Positions 1-12,738 of a stretch of 46,494 nt of DNA are shown piece by piece. The stretch spans positions 2,133,373 through 2,179,866 of the forward strand of contig JBOZIK010000001.1 in the NCBI GenBank assembly GCA_051453625.1, written 5' to 3'. The DNA comes from Welwitschia mirabilis. Taxonomy: Eukaryota. The translations under genes and the position numbers were made by a program. The notes beneath the pieces were generated by a model. The model saw nothing but the letters and a program-made list of their open reading frames with translations, was not told the DNA's origin and searched no databases. Each line of letters opens with the position of its first letter. The stretch's first letter is position 1.

Positions 1-1076
1 GGCATTTTTAAACTTGCACTCTTCATCAGAACTAATGAATGTCTTGCTAATAAATCCATAGAAAATTATGATGAATTGCTTTCATGTTACTTGATGGTAT
101 TAAACACTTCCTTTTACACTAACATGATGAGAGGCATTAAGCTTACAAGTTGGACCTCTTGTCTTCATAGTTTTCCCTTGTAAAAACACTACAAAAACAT
201 GTAAGTATACTATTTTATCTTATATAATGCACACAAAATTTGTATGTAAAAATTAAATACCAAGTGCAAATAAAGGTAAAACAATGGATTTTTTTCTTTT
301 CTTTTGACATTTAAGCCTAAAAACCTTGTATGCTATTAAAAAAAAAAGTAAAAAATGAAAAAATAGCAAAATAGCAAAATAAAAAAGACTCCAAAACAAG
401 GAAAAACTAGGAAAATTAAAAAAACTACATGCAAATGCATGCAAGAGGTAACCAGAAGCGTAAAGTGCTCAGACGTTGTGAAAAATCTTAATAACCTTTC
501 TTGAGCTATAATACCAATTACAAAAATGCAAGAGAAAAGGGAAAAAATAAAGAAAAACTTAGAATAAGTAAAAAATTTTAAAATGAAAAATATTTTTACT
601 CTTTTCTTTTTATTTATAAAGGGAAGAACTTATTTTTATAAGCAAGCATTTCTAAAATAGGCCTTCACTATGGTTAACTTTTACACAAAGTGTAGAACCA
701 TGGTGCATCTTATTCTGCCTTAGAATGTAAGACTTTTGTTCTTTACTATATGACTTTATGTACTATTTTCTAACTTTTCAACTTAATTTAAACCTTAATA
801 AATATGCTTACATTGGTTGGTTAGGTGAAATCCAACATTATCTGTCTAAAAATTTCTTGAAAATCAATTAAATTATGCTAAAATCATACATTTTCCTTAC
901 TTAGAAATTTTCGAAAATTGAAAAATCTAAATGAAAGACAACTTTTAAGAATAAAATTTTTCTTAAGTTTGTAAGTTCATGATTTAATTTGAAGTTTCTG
1001 ATATATGAAACATATATAATTGTGAATTAAAGATTTCAAGCTTATTAGTTTATACAACTTTGATTATTAATATATT
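1..1076 (-). mobile_element. Possible 5' end (LTR part, PBS, 5' UTR, gag start) of a minus-strand LTR retrotransposon
   Basis: Reverse complement of 505-516 is TGGTATTATAGC, 10/12 match to the tRNAi-Met PBS TGGTATCAGAGC. A minus-strand ATG near 168 reads MKTRGPTCK..., but no diagnostic domain lies inside the window. Confidence 0.3.
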
Positions 1077-2033
1077 TGATGACAAATAATTTTGCTGAAA
1101 ATTTTCCTCATTAATGAAATATTTTCATTTTTATAATTATACATTTTTAGACAGTAATAGATGTTTTTACTTTTTAAATAAAGTTAATACACTTACTAAT
1201 CAATAGATTAGTTAGTTAGCATATTAGTAGGATAGTATATATATTTCATGTTATTGAGTTGGAGGTACAAAATGTCATTTGGAACAAGGATGAAATAGAA
1301 GACCAAGGTGGCAAAAAGAGATTAACAACCTCAACCATAGAACTATTCTTAAGGAGAAAAGGAAGGAAATAGCAAAATAGAAAGGGGTATAAGCAAAAAA
1401 TCGTCATCGAACATGGATATCATTTTGGAAAATAGCCCTTGCAATAGGACTTAGCAAAAAGATTAAGAGGTAACTCTAGCCATCCTACAAAGGATGCAGT
1501 AAAATCTCTAATGCTCAAAGTGTTGCCTACAAAGAAAAACACAGGCCCATTAGTACATCTTTTTGTAACATTTTGATATTTCAATACAAAGATAAAAAGC
1601 TAACATTTTGAGTATTAGTTTGTGTATGTTCTATTACCTAAAAAGGTAATATTATTTCCATTTACTCCTATTCGTGCAGTTGAACATAAACTAGGATACT
1701 TAATAGTACTTAGAAATAAGTATTGTTTAGTATTTTGTCTAACTTCTACCATGTTTTTCTACTTTCTTCATTTTCCAATAGTGTAATATATGTAAATAAT
1801 GCACTTTATCATCAAATAAACCAACTTGACTAGTTCAAGTAACTTCATCATGATATTATTATATGATGCATTTTGAACTAAATAGTTAAATCTCAACTAG
1901 TTCTTTAGTAATGCTTTAATTTTTATTTAATGGTTTAAGCTTATTTTAGGTGAACAACACTATAGTTTTTGAATTTTTCTAGCATAGTTTCTTAATATTT
2001 TCAACATTTATTTCATCATATAAGCTTTTATCA
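1077..2033 (+). repeat. LTR (family A, copy A1), Athila-like
   Basis: Starts TGATGA and ends TTTTATCA. Colinear along its whole length with 23992-24950, and in its 3' part with 3190-3596. Followed directly by a PBS. Confidence 0.85.
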
Positions 2034-2036
2034 TTT

Positions 2037-2053
2037 TGGCACTAGAAGGAGGG
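2037..2053 (+). promoter_or_regulatory. Primer-binding site complementary to tRNA-Asn(GUU) 3' end
   Basis: TGGCACTAGAAGGAGGG, 3 nt after the LTR CA end. Matches TGGCGCTAGAAGGAGGG (complement of the plant tRNA-Asn 3' end, from memory) at 16/17. Confidence 0.7.
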
Positions 2054-2177
2054 CTATCCTAAAGCCAACTTGTAGAGNNNNNNNNNNNNNNNNNNNNNNN
2101 NNNNNNNNNNNNNNNNNNNNNNNNNNNNNNNNNNNNNNNNNNNNNNNNNNNNNNNNNNNNNNNNNNNNNNNNNNNNN

Positions 2178-3189
2178 TCAATGACAGACAGGACGATAGC
2201 ACTGTTAACATAAACAAAAGCTATGGGGCTAACAGTAGGGCATGAAGATGATAAAGTACCTTTTGACATAAGGTGACATCCCCCCTGTCATCTCCATGAT
2301 AGTAAGGATGATAGCTATTTTTCTATGGTTGGAAATAATTATCTTTGTAATGGAGTCAAACGATCCATTTGGAATGTTAGGATTTCCTTTCCAACTTCTA
2401 AGGTTGATTTCCTAGAATCTCAATGTGAAACTATAAATACCCTTTTCCTCCGTCATTTCTGTTTCCATCTTTTACACCTGATATGCTCATGATGGAAGAT
2501 TAAAAGACAAGAGATCTATCTAGTAGTTATAGAAAATGGGTTTCCTTAGTATTAGGCTAAGTCTCTTCTATTGAGGTGCTATGATTCTATTGTAAGTGGA
2601 TGTAAAGTTCTTGAATTAATACAATTACTCTTTGAATCAATACAATTGCTATTTTCATTTCAATTCTGTACATGTCCCTTATGGTTTACATTGATCATAG
2701 TTTAAAGTGATAATTATGTGATTTATCTAGATCATAAGGATAATCTTTGTTAAGGTTAACTTTGATTAGTATTATATTGCATTGTTATTTCATTTCTAGT
2801 TGTATTACATTTCTTATTATACTTGGTATATTTCATAGTTCATATTGGTTAGGAACAAGTGAAGTACTCTTTTTAATTGATCTGAATTATAGAGAGCTAG
2901 TTCTTATGATAAAAGAATTAGGAGCTAAATAGAAGTCATTTCAATTCCATTTATATTTTATTTCCATTTACTTGCATTGCATTTACTTTATTATTTACTT
3001 TTAGTTTTTATAAAATAAAAGACTAAAAATATCTTAGAAATTAATTCTCTAACTCTTAGCCTAGTTCCTTTGTTGAGATTATGACATTTGGGTAAACTCC
3101 TATATATACTAGTGTGTGTTTTTTGTAAGTTATTTGATTTATAGATTTACCTAAAGAACTTTAGGATTACATAAATTCACACTACAACA
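2178..3189 (+). repeat. 3' part of an unrelated LTR (family B) inserted into LTR A2; 5' end lost in N-gap
   Basis: TATA-like CTATAAATA at ~2431; ends CACACTACAACA; LTR A sequence resumes at 3190. The 3' terminus resembles the LTR end at 27198-27292. Confidence 0.65.
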
Positions 3190-3596
3190 ATATTCTATTA
3201 CTCAAAAAATTAATATTATTTCCAGTTGCTCCTGTGTATGCAACTAAACATAAATTAGAATACTTAATAATACTTAGAAATAAGTGTTATTCAACATTTT
3301 TTCTAATGTCTAACATGTTTTTCTACTTTTTTAATTTCCTGATAGTGTAATATATGTAAATAACACACTTTTTCATTAAATAAACCAACCTAAATAGTTT
3401 AAGTAACTTCATAAAGTATTATCATAATGATGCATTTTGAACTAAATGGTTAAATATACACTAGTTTTTTAGTAAGCCTTTGGTTTTATTTAATGGCTTA
3501 AACTTATTTTAGGTTGATAGCATTATAGTTTTTGTACTTTTCTATTATATTTTCTTAATATTTTTAGCATTTATTTCATCATATAAGCTTTTATCA
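3190..3596 (+). repeat. LTR family A, copy A2 (3' portion); 5' LTR of the Athila-like element
   Basis: Aligns to ~1627-2033 and ~24540-24950, ends TTTTATCA, and is followed by a PBS and gag. Confidence 0.85.
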
Positions 3597-3599
3597 TTT

Positions 3600-3616
3600 T
3601 GGCACTAGAAGGAGGG
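3600..3616 (+). promoter_or_regulatory. PBS (tRNA-Asn type)
   Basis: TGGCACTAGAAGGAGGG directly after LTR A2, identical to 2037-2053. Confidence 0.75.
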
Positions 3617-3640
3617 CTATCCTAAAGCCAACTTGTAGAG

Positions 3641-5782
3641 ATGAAAAAAACTATGATCCAATAAGATAGCCAAGGAAAATAATAGGATGAATAAGATAGA
3701 TATGATAGAGACCCTAGAAAACATAATCTAAATGAGCCAACTGGAATTAGTGTTAAAATAAAAATAGAAGAGGATAATTGTATGATGGATGAAATCACTC
3801 TTGAAAAGACTGTGAAAGAGCAAATCTTTTCTAAATTAATAAATGAATTAGAGTAGTGATTGATTACTATTTTTAAGCCACCCTTCGCTCAAGGAGAATC
3901 TTCCTAAGTAACTCAGTCGAATAAACCTAAAAAGAAATTTGTAGTGGGATGCTATTAGGAAGATGACGAAGATTCAAGACCTCTAAATCATATTATCCAT
4001 TAGATAGAAGACTTAAGTCCTATTAATCCTATATCCTTAAAATACTTTAGTAAAGAGAGAAATATAAATATAACTCAATACCCACTTTTGAGGGCCAAAA
4101 ATAAGAATCCTTACTACATTTAAGTTTATTTGATGCCTTCTATAAAGAAAATTATTTAGATTTAGAATTTACTTATATAAAGTATTTTCCTTTTTCTTTA
4201 AGATGATACACTTAGTTATGGTATTATATAAATCCTAATCATGCCTTTAGTTCATGAGAATTCTTAAAAATGATTTTTGAGCTAAATTCCACCCTATGAG
4301 TATAACTAAAGATTTAAGAGAACAAATTTTAAACATTAAACAAAAAGATAATGAAAGATTTTATGAATTCATGGATAGGTATAACATATTGTTAGCTGAA
4401 TGTCCTAACCATGGAATTATAGCTAGAGAATGAGTTAGAGCTTTACTTATAGGATCACAAAGTTAAAATTTGAAGGAACCAGACTTACTATGTAGAGAAA
4501 GCGTCAATACAAAGAATGTTCAAGAAGTTGGAGAAACCATCACTTAGTTTTATAACATGAGTTAAGGATGAAAACAAGAAAATGAAAAGAAGAAAAAGGT
4601 AAATGAAATATTTACCCTAGAAGCAAATGGTAGTATATATAGCTCAAAATATATCAATATTGTGGAAGAAGTAGCTAAGAAAGTGACTAGTAGTTAGCTG
4701 TATAACACTTTAGGAGAAAAAAGAACCTACTTGTGAAGACTATGAAGAAGATAATCATAAAGAAATAGAATGTCATTAGATGCAAGAATTTGTTCAATGG
4801 TTAGATATTAATAGATTAGATTTCAATTCAAAAATTAAACCCCAAACTTGGAAAAAACCACATCCTTATCAAAGTGGAAAATGAAAAGGTAAGTTCAACA
4901 GGCCTTTACAAAATATGTAAACTCAAAAAGGCAAGAAAAATATAATTATTATAAAAATTGGAGAAATAGAGATCTAAATAACATGAGAGAAAAATCAGAA
5001 GTAAAGAAGAAAGAAGGAAAAAATCTTACTTAACTCCAACAAAATCCAAGAAAAGAAACAAGTAAAGCTATAACCACTAGATTTAGAAACTAGAAGGTGT
5101 AACATAAATCATAGGAAAATAATAAAAATTTGAATAATTTTATAGATGATGAAGAAAAATATATAGAAAAGAAATAAATAGATGATGCATCAATAGATTC
5201 TCTACCTTTTCCAATGTAAAACAAAAAAATAAAACATTCAAAAATTAAAAAAAATATAGAATATTTAATAAAAGTTTTAGAAGATACCAAATATCATTAC
5301 CCCTTTTACAATTAATAAAAGACATGCCTAAGTAGTGGAAGAAAATGAAGAGAATGTGCTTAAAACAAAAGAATAGAAATAAAAAAAAGAAGGAAAAACA
5401 AATTGAGATGGTTAGAAAAGATCACATTTCTTACACCTCCATACAAGTTCCTCAAAATAAACAACATGAAAAAAGTATAGTAATCCTAGAATACCTATGA
5501 TAGATGTGAAAACAGATGAAAAACATAAAGTAAAAGCACTCATGGATCTAGGATCAAGCATTAATGTTATAACCTATGAAACTTATGAGGAACTAAGAAA
5601 GCCAAAACTAATAACTTACTAAGTTAAAGTATACCTATTAGATAGCTTGATAATGATACTAGAAGGAGTTCTAAAGGATGTACCCATTAAACTCCAAGGC
5701 TTTATCTAATTAATGGATTTATTAGTGATGAAGACTTAGGGAGTTGCCCACGTAGTAATTTTAGGAAGACCTTGGATGGCTA
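3641..5782 (+). pseudogene. gag: Athila-like gag and aspartic protease (N-terminal part), disrupted
   Basis: PTFEG..NPY at ~4081; YFPFSL at ~4183; IKQKDNERFYEFMDRYNILLAECPNHGI at ~4335; protease KALMDLGSSINV at ~5533; VILGRPWMA at ~5755. Many stops. Start codon approximate. Confidence 0.85.
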
Positions 5783-6876
5783 TGTGAAAGAACTTATCAT
5801 TGTATCTAGTATTTCAATGATGATGAAGGATAGGCAGGGGTATTACTAAAAATTATGGAAATCAAAAGCTATGCTATCTGAGAAATCCAAAGTTTTAGTC
5901 AGGATGTCTGACCCTATACATGGCTAAATGTATGGGAATGCCTGCAATTTTCAGTTAGGACATTTGGTCCTGTATGCTGCTAAATCTATGGAAATTTCTG
6001 CGATTTTCAGTTAGGACATTCGACCCTATACACAATTAAATTTATGGGGATGTCTAAGGAATGTCACCAGGACATTCAATCCTATATACAAAAAGCAAGT
6101 ATGGGAATGTACAAATTATAATCTAAGATGTCCAAGACTCTTCTCAATTTGTTATAGGAACTAGCTATTACAACTAGAACATTTAGTTCAAAAAGGTGGG
6201 ATGTCTGACTAAGTGAACATTAAAGTAAAATATGAACATTATAGTTGTCAGAGTGATGCAGTTTAATTGTCAAAAGGCTAGGACAGTAGCACAAATATCT
6301 AGGATTGCACTTCAAATGACTAGGGCTTCAATCTTGAGGCTGTAATAACTATCTCAAAACCTTAACCTATAAAAAATGAAAAAGGATTCTTGTAGTAACT
6401 AATGCTATATGATTGTATTGTACTAAACTTTGTGATTTACTCATAATCTATACTTCACTAAGCTATCATTTATATTTGGAGCTGTTGTGCTTACTTGCTA
6501 ATGTACTATGCTAAAGGAATCTATACCATTAGACTTTCTTATTCTCATTTTGTCTAGTGCCTCTTTGGAATAATCTTATACATCCCAAAAGAAGGGATTA
6601 CTTGTAATCCTTGGAGAAGGGTATTGTTCTTTGTTCAAGTTGCTAGGTATTAGTTAAGAGAACCAAGATGCTGAAAGCACGTTTCTGCCCTTATGAGTGG
6701 AGCAAGCAAGGATTGCCAAACCACTATAAATCTAGTGCATTAGTCATTTGTTTTTTTCTTTATGCTATTCATATGCTATTCTTTAATTAGTGCAAAATTT
6801 AAGTTTGTTTGGTTTTAGCAATAATTTGATTTTACCCTATTCATCCCCTCCTCTAAGGTGCCTATTGATCCTAACA
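5783..6876 (+). repeat. SIRE 5' LTR (its 3' end is re-assembled at 7085-7372 after the gap)
   Basis: TG...CTAACA, colinear with 14233-15329. Contains ~57-bp tandem repeats with a GGACATTCGACCCTATAC-like core at ~5880-6110. Confidence 0.9.
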
Positions 6877-7374
6877 ATTAGTATTAGAGCGTGGNNNNNN
6901 NNNNNNNNNNNNNNNNNNNNNNNNNNNNNNNNNNNNNNNNNNNNNNNNNNNNNNNNNNNNNNNNNNNNNNNNNNNNNNNNNNNNNNNNNNNNNNNNNNNN
7001 NNNNNNNNNNNNNNNNNNNNNNNNNNNNNNNNNNNNNNNNNNNNNNNNNNNNNNNNNNNNNNNNNNNNNNNNNNNNNNNNNNNNAAGAAGGGATTACTTG
7101 TAATCCTTGGAGAAGGGTATTGTTCTTCGTTCAAGTTGCTAGGTATTAGTTAAGAGAACCAAGATGCTAAAAGCACGTTGCTGCCCTTATGAGTGGAGAA
7201 AGCAAGGATTGCCAAACCACTATAAATCTAGTGCATTAGTCATTTGTTTTTTTCTTTATGCTATTAATATGCTATTCTTTAATTAGTGCAAAATTTAAGT
7301 TTGTTTAGTTTTAGAAATAATTTGATTTTACCCTATTCATCCCCTCCTCTAAGGTGCCTATCGATCCTAACAAT

Positions 7375-7386
7375 TAGTATTAGAGT
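7375..7386 (+). promoter_or_regulatory. PBS, decayed tRNAi-Met type (duplicate at 6879-6890)
   Basis: TAGTATTAGAGT / TAGTATTAGAGC versus TGGTATCAGAGC; all differences are transitions; 2 nt after the LTR end. Confidence 0.8.
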
Positions 7387-7434
7387 GTGGTTGCTCTAGA
7401 TTAGTATCTTTTGTGTGTTTTTTAAGAAAAACTC

Positions 7435-10400
7435 ATGGCATCCTTAAGTTATTCAGAAGGCCATGCAGTCTCAAGACCATACTTCTTTAATGGTAATAAC
7501 TACGCTCATTAAAAATCCAAAATTAAATGAGTATCTTTCTGACATCTCTGCATCCTAACATCTGGGACTTGGTAGACTTTGGATACCAATCTTATACTAA
7601 AAATAATATATTTGAAGTAGTTTTATTAAAGGCTTGAGATAAATAAGATGACGATGACAAGAAAGTGGTTCAGAATAATGCTAAGGCAATGAACACAATA
7701 ATCTATGCCTTGTTAACTGAGAAGTATGATCAAATTGTATAGTGCACCATTGTTAAGAATATGTGGACTACTCTAAAAGTAGCTCATAAAGGTATGAATA
7801 TTGTAAAGAATTCTAAGTTTTAACTTCTTACTACTAGATTTGAAAATATTAGGATGGAAGATATAAAGTCAATAGCTGAATTCATAATAAAGATAAATAA
7901 CACAGTTAACAATATGTGGGAATTGGGTGAAAGGATTCCTGGGAGTCATGTTGTAAGAAAAATTTTGTGAATCCTTACTCTAAAATTCAGACATAAGGTA
8001 ATAGCTATATAAGAAAGAAAGGATATTAATATAATAAGTATTAAAGAGCTCAAAGGATCCCTAATAGCATATGAAGCAACTGTTCTACTAGAAGAAGAAA
8101 CCCTAAGGCAAAAAGGAATAGCTCTGAAGGTAAATGAGAAATCAAATGTTAGTAGTTTAAATGAAGATAATCTTAATGAATATCTTGCACTACTTACCAA
8201 AAACTTCAAATGATTTCTATGCAAGAAGAAGGATTCAAAGTTCTCCAAAAGACCGATAAAAGGTAAGATGGACAAGGATAAGAAATCATCCTCAATTCAA
8301 TGTTATGAATGCAAAGGTTTTNNNNNNNNNNACAAAAAAAATAAAAGAGATAAAGGAAAGAAAGTATTCAAATCTACATGGAACAAATCTAAAGATGAAC
8401 AGATGGACTCATGCGATGATGATGACATGGTAAACTTTGGTTTTCTCACAGTTACTAAAGAAGTAAATTTTCCAACTTTCTTGATCTTTCTAGATTTTGA
8501 TCATGCTTCTACTTCTAAACATATTTCTTTTGAAAATGTTTCTCTTGATTGTAACAGCTTATATTTAGACAAGATTTCTATGGCTTATGAAAAATTATAT
8601 TCATTTAGTATTAGTTTAGGGAAGAAAAATGTTTCTTTTTAAAAAACAATTGATAGCCTAGAATGTGATTTAAAGAAAGAAAATGGAAAGATAAAATTGT
8701 TAACTTTTGAACTTCAAGATTCTAAAATTATTACAATCCATTTAATTAGAGGAAATGATAATTTGAATAAACTATTGGATTTAGGTAAAAATCCTTGGGA
8801 TAAGTTAGGTCTTGGTTGTATCCTGATTAGTTCTCCCCTTTTAAAAACCTTTGGTCCTAGTGTAAGATTTGAAAACTTTACTAAAACTAGTCTCAAATGT
8901 TACTTTTGCAATAAAAATGGTCATGTTTAATTTGATTGTCCTTAGAAAAAATCTTTATATTTGAACTTAAACTATGGATTCAAATATGTGAAAAAAATAT
9001 CCTCAACCTGGTCAACATTGTCATGTTAAATTTTAATGGGTTAAGAAAAAGCTATCTTTTCTTTTTGCGCATCCTACCTTTAAGGCTCAAGATAGTACTA
9101 GGTGGTATTTGAATAGTAAATGATCTAGGCATATGAGAAGTGATAAAAATCTTCTTACATCTTTTGAGGAGTACAATGGTGAAGAATTAACATTTGATGA
9201 TAATAGTAAGGGTTTTATTGTTGATAAGGGAATTGTGACTAGAAATGATAATCATCCAAAAATTCATGATGTATATCTTGTAAACGGTTTAAAGCATAAT
9301 CTCTTAAGAATATCTTAGATTCATAATAGAAGTAACATTATTTCATTTCATCAAGACAATTATGTTGTTTGTAATACCATCACCAACAAAATTATGCTTA
9401 CGAGTAGTAGGTCTAGATGCATGTATATGATCAAAAAGAATAGCAGTAAATTGAGTAGAGATTGTTACTTTACCAAAAATGATGATATCAATCTTTGGCA
9501 TAAGAGATTGGATCACATAAATTTTAAAGATCTATATAAGATTTCTTTAAAAAAAATTATAAGAGGAGTTCCTAAGCTTAACATGGATTAAGTAAAAATG
9601 TGTGAATCATGTGTTAAAGAAAAAAAACTAAAACTCATTTCAAAATTAAGACCATCACAACTTCTTTGAGACCTCTTTATCTAATTCATATGGAATTATT
9701 TGGCCCTATTTAAATTAGGAGTATTGGAGGAATAAGATATTTTTTAGTTATGGTTGATGATTTCTCCTTTTTTATTAGGTCTTTTTTTTAGTCAGCAAAG
9801 ATGAAGCTTTCAACACTTTTGTTAAGGTTTGCAGAAGAACTCAAAATGAAAAGGAATATGCTAGTAAGATCATTTAATCCAATAGAGGAGAAGAGTTTGT
9901 TAATGAAAAATTTAAAAGTTTCTATGGTTCTCATGATATATCTCATCATTTCTATGCCCTAAGAATCCCTCAACAAAATTGAACAGCTGAAACAAAGAAT
10001 AGGGTTTTAATTAAAATGTCTAGAACTACATTAAATGATAAAGCTTTTCCTCAATTCTTTTGGGCAAAAGTAGTCAATATTGCATGCTATATTAGTAATA
10101 GAGTCTTACTAAGGCCAAACAGAGATCAAACTCCTTATGAATTATGGAATGAAAAGAAACTCAATGTAAGTTATTTGAAAGTATTTAAAAGTAAATGATT
10201 AATTCTTAAAATAAAGGAGAGAATGGTAAATTTGAATCTAAGGCAGATGAAGGAACTTTTCTTAGGTATTCTATGATGAGTAAAGCCTACAAAATCTTCA
10301 ACAAGAATTTTGGTAGAGTTGAAGAATCTATCCATGTTAAAATAAATGATGATTTTAATGCAAAACCAACCTCAGATGATGGTGAAGACACTATAATTGT

Positions 10401-12320
10401 TGAACCTCCTTCTTTTTCTTCTCATCCTTTCAAGAGTAACGATGATTCTTCATCAAGTGAAAAGGAGTAAAGTTAAAAGCACTCTTCTCTCCCCTTAAGA
10501 ACTAAAAGAGACCATCCTCAAAAAAATGTAATAAGTATTTTTGATCAGGGAATAACAAATTAAAGTAGAAAGATCATAAGTAACAACTTTCTATGTTTTC
10601 TCTCTACTTGAGAGCCTAAAAACTTTCAAGAAGCTGAACAAGATGAATCATAAATCATGGCTATGCAATAAAAATTGAATCAATTTGAAAGAAATTAAGT
10701 TTAGAATGCTAGCTATGAGTGAGCTTATATAACCCCTTAAAGGGAAAGGCCTCACATAGCATAACGGAGCTGCCCCCCTGTTATGTGGCACTTTGATAGG
10801 CTTTAAGCCAAATCACTCTTTGGAGTTATTACAAGTGAGCACTTTGGTATCAGTACTCATTCCAGTCGAGGTTCATATGCACCCCTACCAGTGAACTGCC
10901 AGATCTGATTGTGTGTTATTGGGTGAGATAGACAATCATCTCGGATTAGTTGTTTCTCAGTATACCTCATCCAAAGGTCAAACATATAATTAGAACTAAA
11001 TGGGTGTTCAAGAATAAAAAAATGAGAATAATAATGTTATTTAAAATAAAGCAAGGTTAATAGCCCAAGGATATAGTCAACAAGAAGTATTAGATTATGA
11101 AAAAACCTTTGCTTTTGTGGTCATACTCAAAGCAATTAAAATGCTACTTGCTTTTGCTTACTATCACAATATAAGATTGTATCAAATGGATATTAAAATG
11201 CCTTTTTAAATAGTTATATCACAAAAGTAGTGTATGAATCTCAACCACCAGGATTTATTAACTCAAAGNNNNNNNNNNNNNNNNNNNNNNNNNNNNNNNN
11301 NNNNNNNNNNNNNNNNNNNNNNNNNNNNNNNNNNNNNNNNNNNNNNNNNNNNNNNNNNNNNNNNNNNNNNNNNNNNNNNNNNNNNNNNNNNNNNNNNNNN
11401 NNATGAAAAGGAAAGATAACAATATGCTCATAGTCTGGATTTATGTAGATGACGTTGTTTTTAGAGCCACCAAAGACAGCCTAGCAACTAAGTTTGAGAA
11501 ACTCATGAAAAAAGAGTTTGAGATGAGTCTGATGGGTGAGTTAAAATTTTTTCTTGGATTATAAGTTAAACAAATGAAAGATGGAATTTTTATTAGTCAA
11601 ACTAAATATATTTAAGAAATGCTAGAAAAGTATAAAATAAACAATGTTAAAGATGCTAGAAATCTTCTTTCTACTAATGTCAGTCTTGGAAAGGATGATA
11701 TTGGTAAGAAGATTGATTAGAAAATTTATCAAGGAATTCTTGATAGTCCATTGTTTGTTATGCAAATAGGTCAGATATAGCTCACAGTGTTGAAGCGTGT
11801 GCTCGATATTAGGCTAATCCTAAAGAATCTTATTTATCTTATATAAAAAGAATTCTAAGACTTTAAAACCTACTCAAAACTATGGTCTTTGGTATTCATT
11901 TGACACCTCTATAAAGTTGACTAGGTATAGTGATGTTAATTAGGTTGGGTGCATAGATGATCATAAGAATACAGGTGAAGCATGTTTTTAAATGGGTAAC
12001 TATTTGGTGTCTTAGCTTAGCAGGAAGTAAAATTCCACATCCTTATCAACTACAGAAGCTGAATACATTGCTATAGAAGCTTGTTGTGCTTAATTGATAT
12101 GGATAAAACAAATGTTATTTAATTTTGATATATTCTCAGATTTAATCAAATTGTTTTGTGATAATATGAGTATAATAAATATAACAAAAAATCTAGTTTA
12201 GCACTCTAAAACTAAGAACATTAATATTAGACATCAACTCATGAATAAATTACTGATAGTATAATCAAAAGTTTATTTGAAGATCGTTTTTTTCTTTTTA
12301 GAGAAATTTGGGTATAGGGC
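7435..12320 (+). pseudogene. SIRE gag-pol, disrupted
   Basis: MASLSYSEGHAVSRPYFFNGNNY; zinc knuckles CYECKGF (~8301) and CYFCNKNGH (~8898); protease WYLNSK*SRHM (~9103); LWHKRLDHINF; integrase core ~9680-10190; RT EPKNFQEA, TKWVF, YVDD (11442-11453); RNase H SLSTTEAEYIA and FCDN. Confidence 0.92.
10708..10961. other. Foreign 254-bp insertion inside the SIRE RT, origin unknown
   Basis: Interrupts the RT motif NQFERN*V*N|IPHPKVKHII.TKWVF. 110/250 G+C counted over 10711-10960, against clearly AT-richer flanks. No TSD. Confidence 0.8.
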
Positions 12321-12738
12321 CTTGCCCTATATCTAAATAAATTAATCATTTATTTGAAATGTGACTATCTAAGAATATCAGTCATTAAAGCGACATTTTT
12401 TTGAATTTTGGTTTTTCTAGATGTGTCTAAAATTTGCTATTATCTTGTACTCAGAAATTCTGGATTAACATCTAAATGTCTTGAAACGGGAAGTAACTTA
12501 GACATCCCTTATTTTTCTTCGAATGTCTGCCTATTTATCATTTGCAAAAATTTTTCCCTGGTTACAACCCAGACGTCTGGCTTTTAAAACCTAGACATCT
12601 GCTCCGTAATGCAAACATAATCCTAACAGGACACCCATACTTTCCTTCATCTTTTTATTACTTCTTCTTTGTTCTTTATTCATTATTTTATCTCCTTGTC
12701 ATTCTTGATTGAGCTTTAAAACTTAAGAAGTAGCCATC

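Noticed and set aside
253..444. Hydrophobic F/L-rich short ORFs (also 2747, 5090, 37347, 40132, 40937, 41469)
   Set aside because: By-products of A/T-rich tracts in LTRs, UTRs or the antisense of gag.
6790..7149. ORFs spanning N-gaps (also 2054, 11234, 14434, 16120, 23826)
   Set aside because: Their length comes from X residues.
6588..7390. Apparent tandem duplication of the SIRE LTR end and PBS
   Set aside because: About 305 bp, ~9 differences, directly flanking an N-gap. Best explained as two haplotypes or overlapping contig ends.
10708..10961. Insert as 7SL, snRNA, telomerase RNA, Cassandra 5S region or hammerhead retrozyme
   Set aside because: No SRP S-domain motif, no 5S A/C boxes, no CUGANGA...GAAA core on either strand, and no recognisable snRNA sequence. 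TGAG...CTCA ends (10716-10959) lack a TSD.
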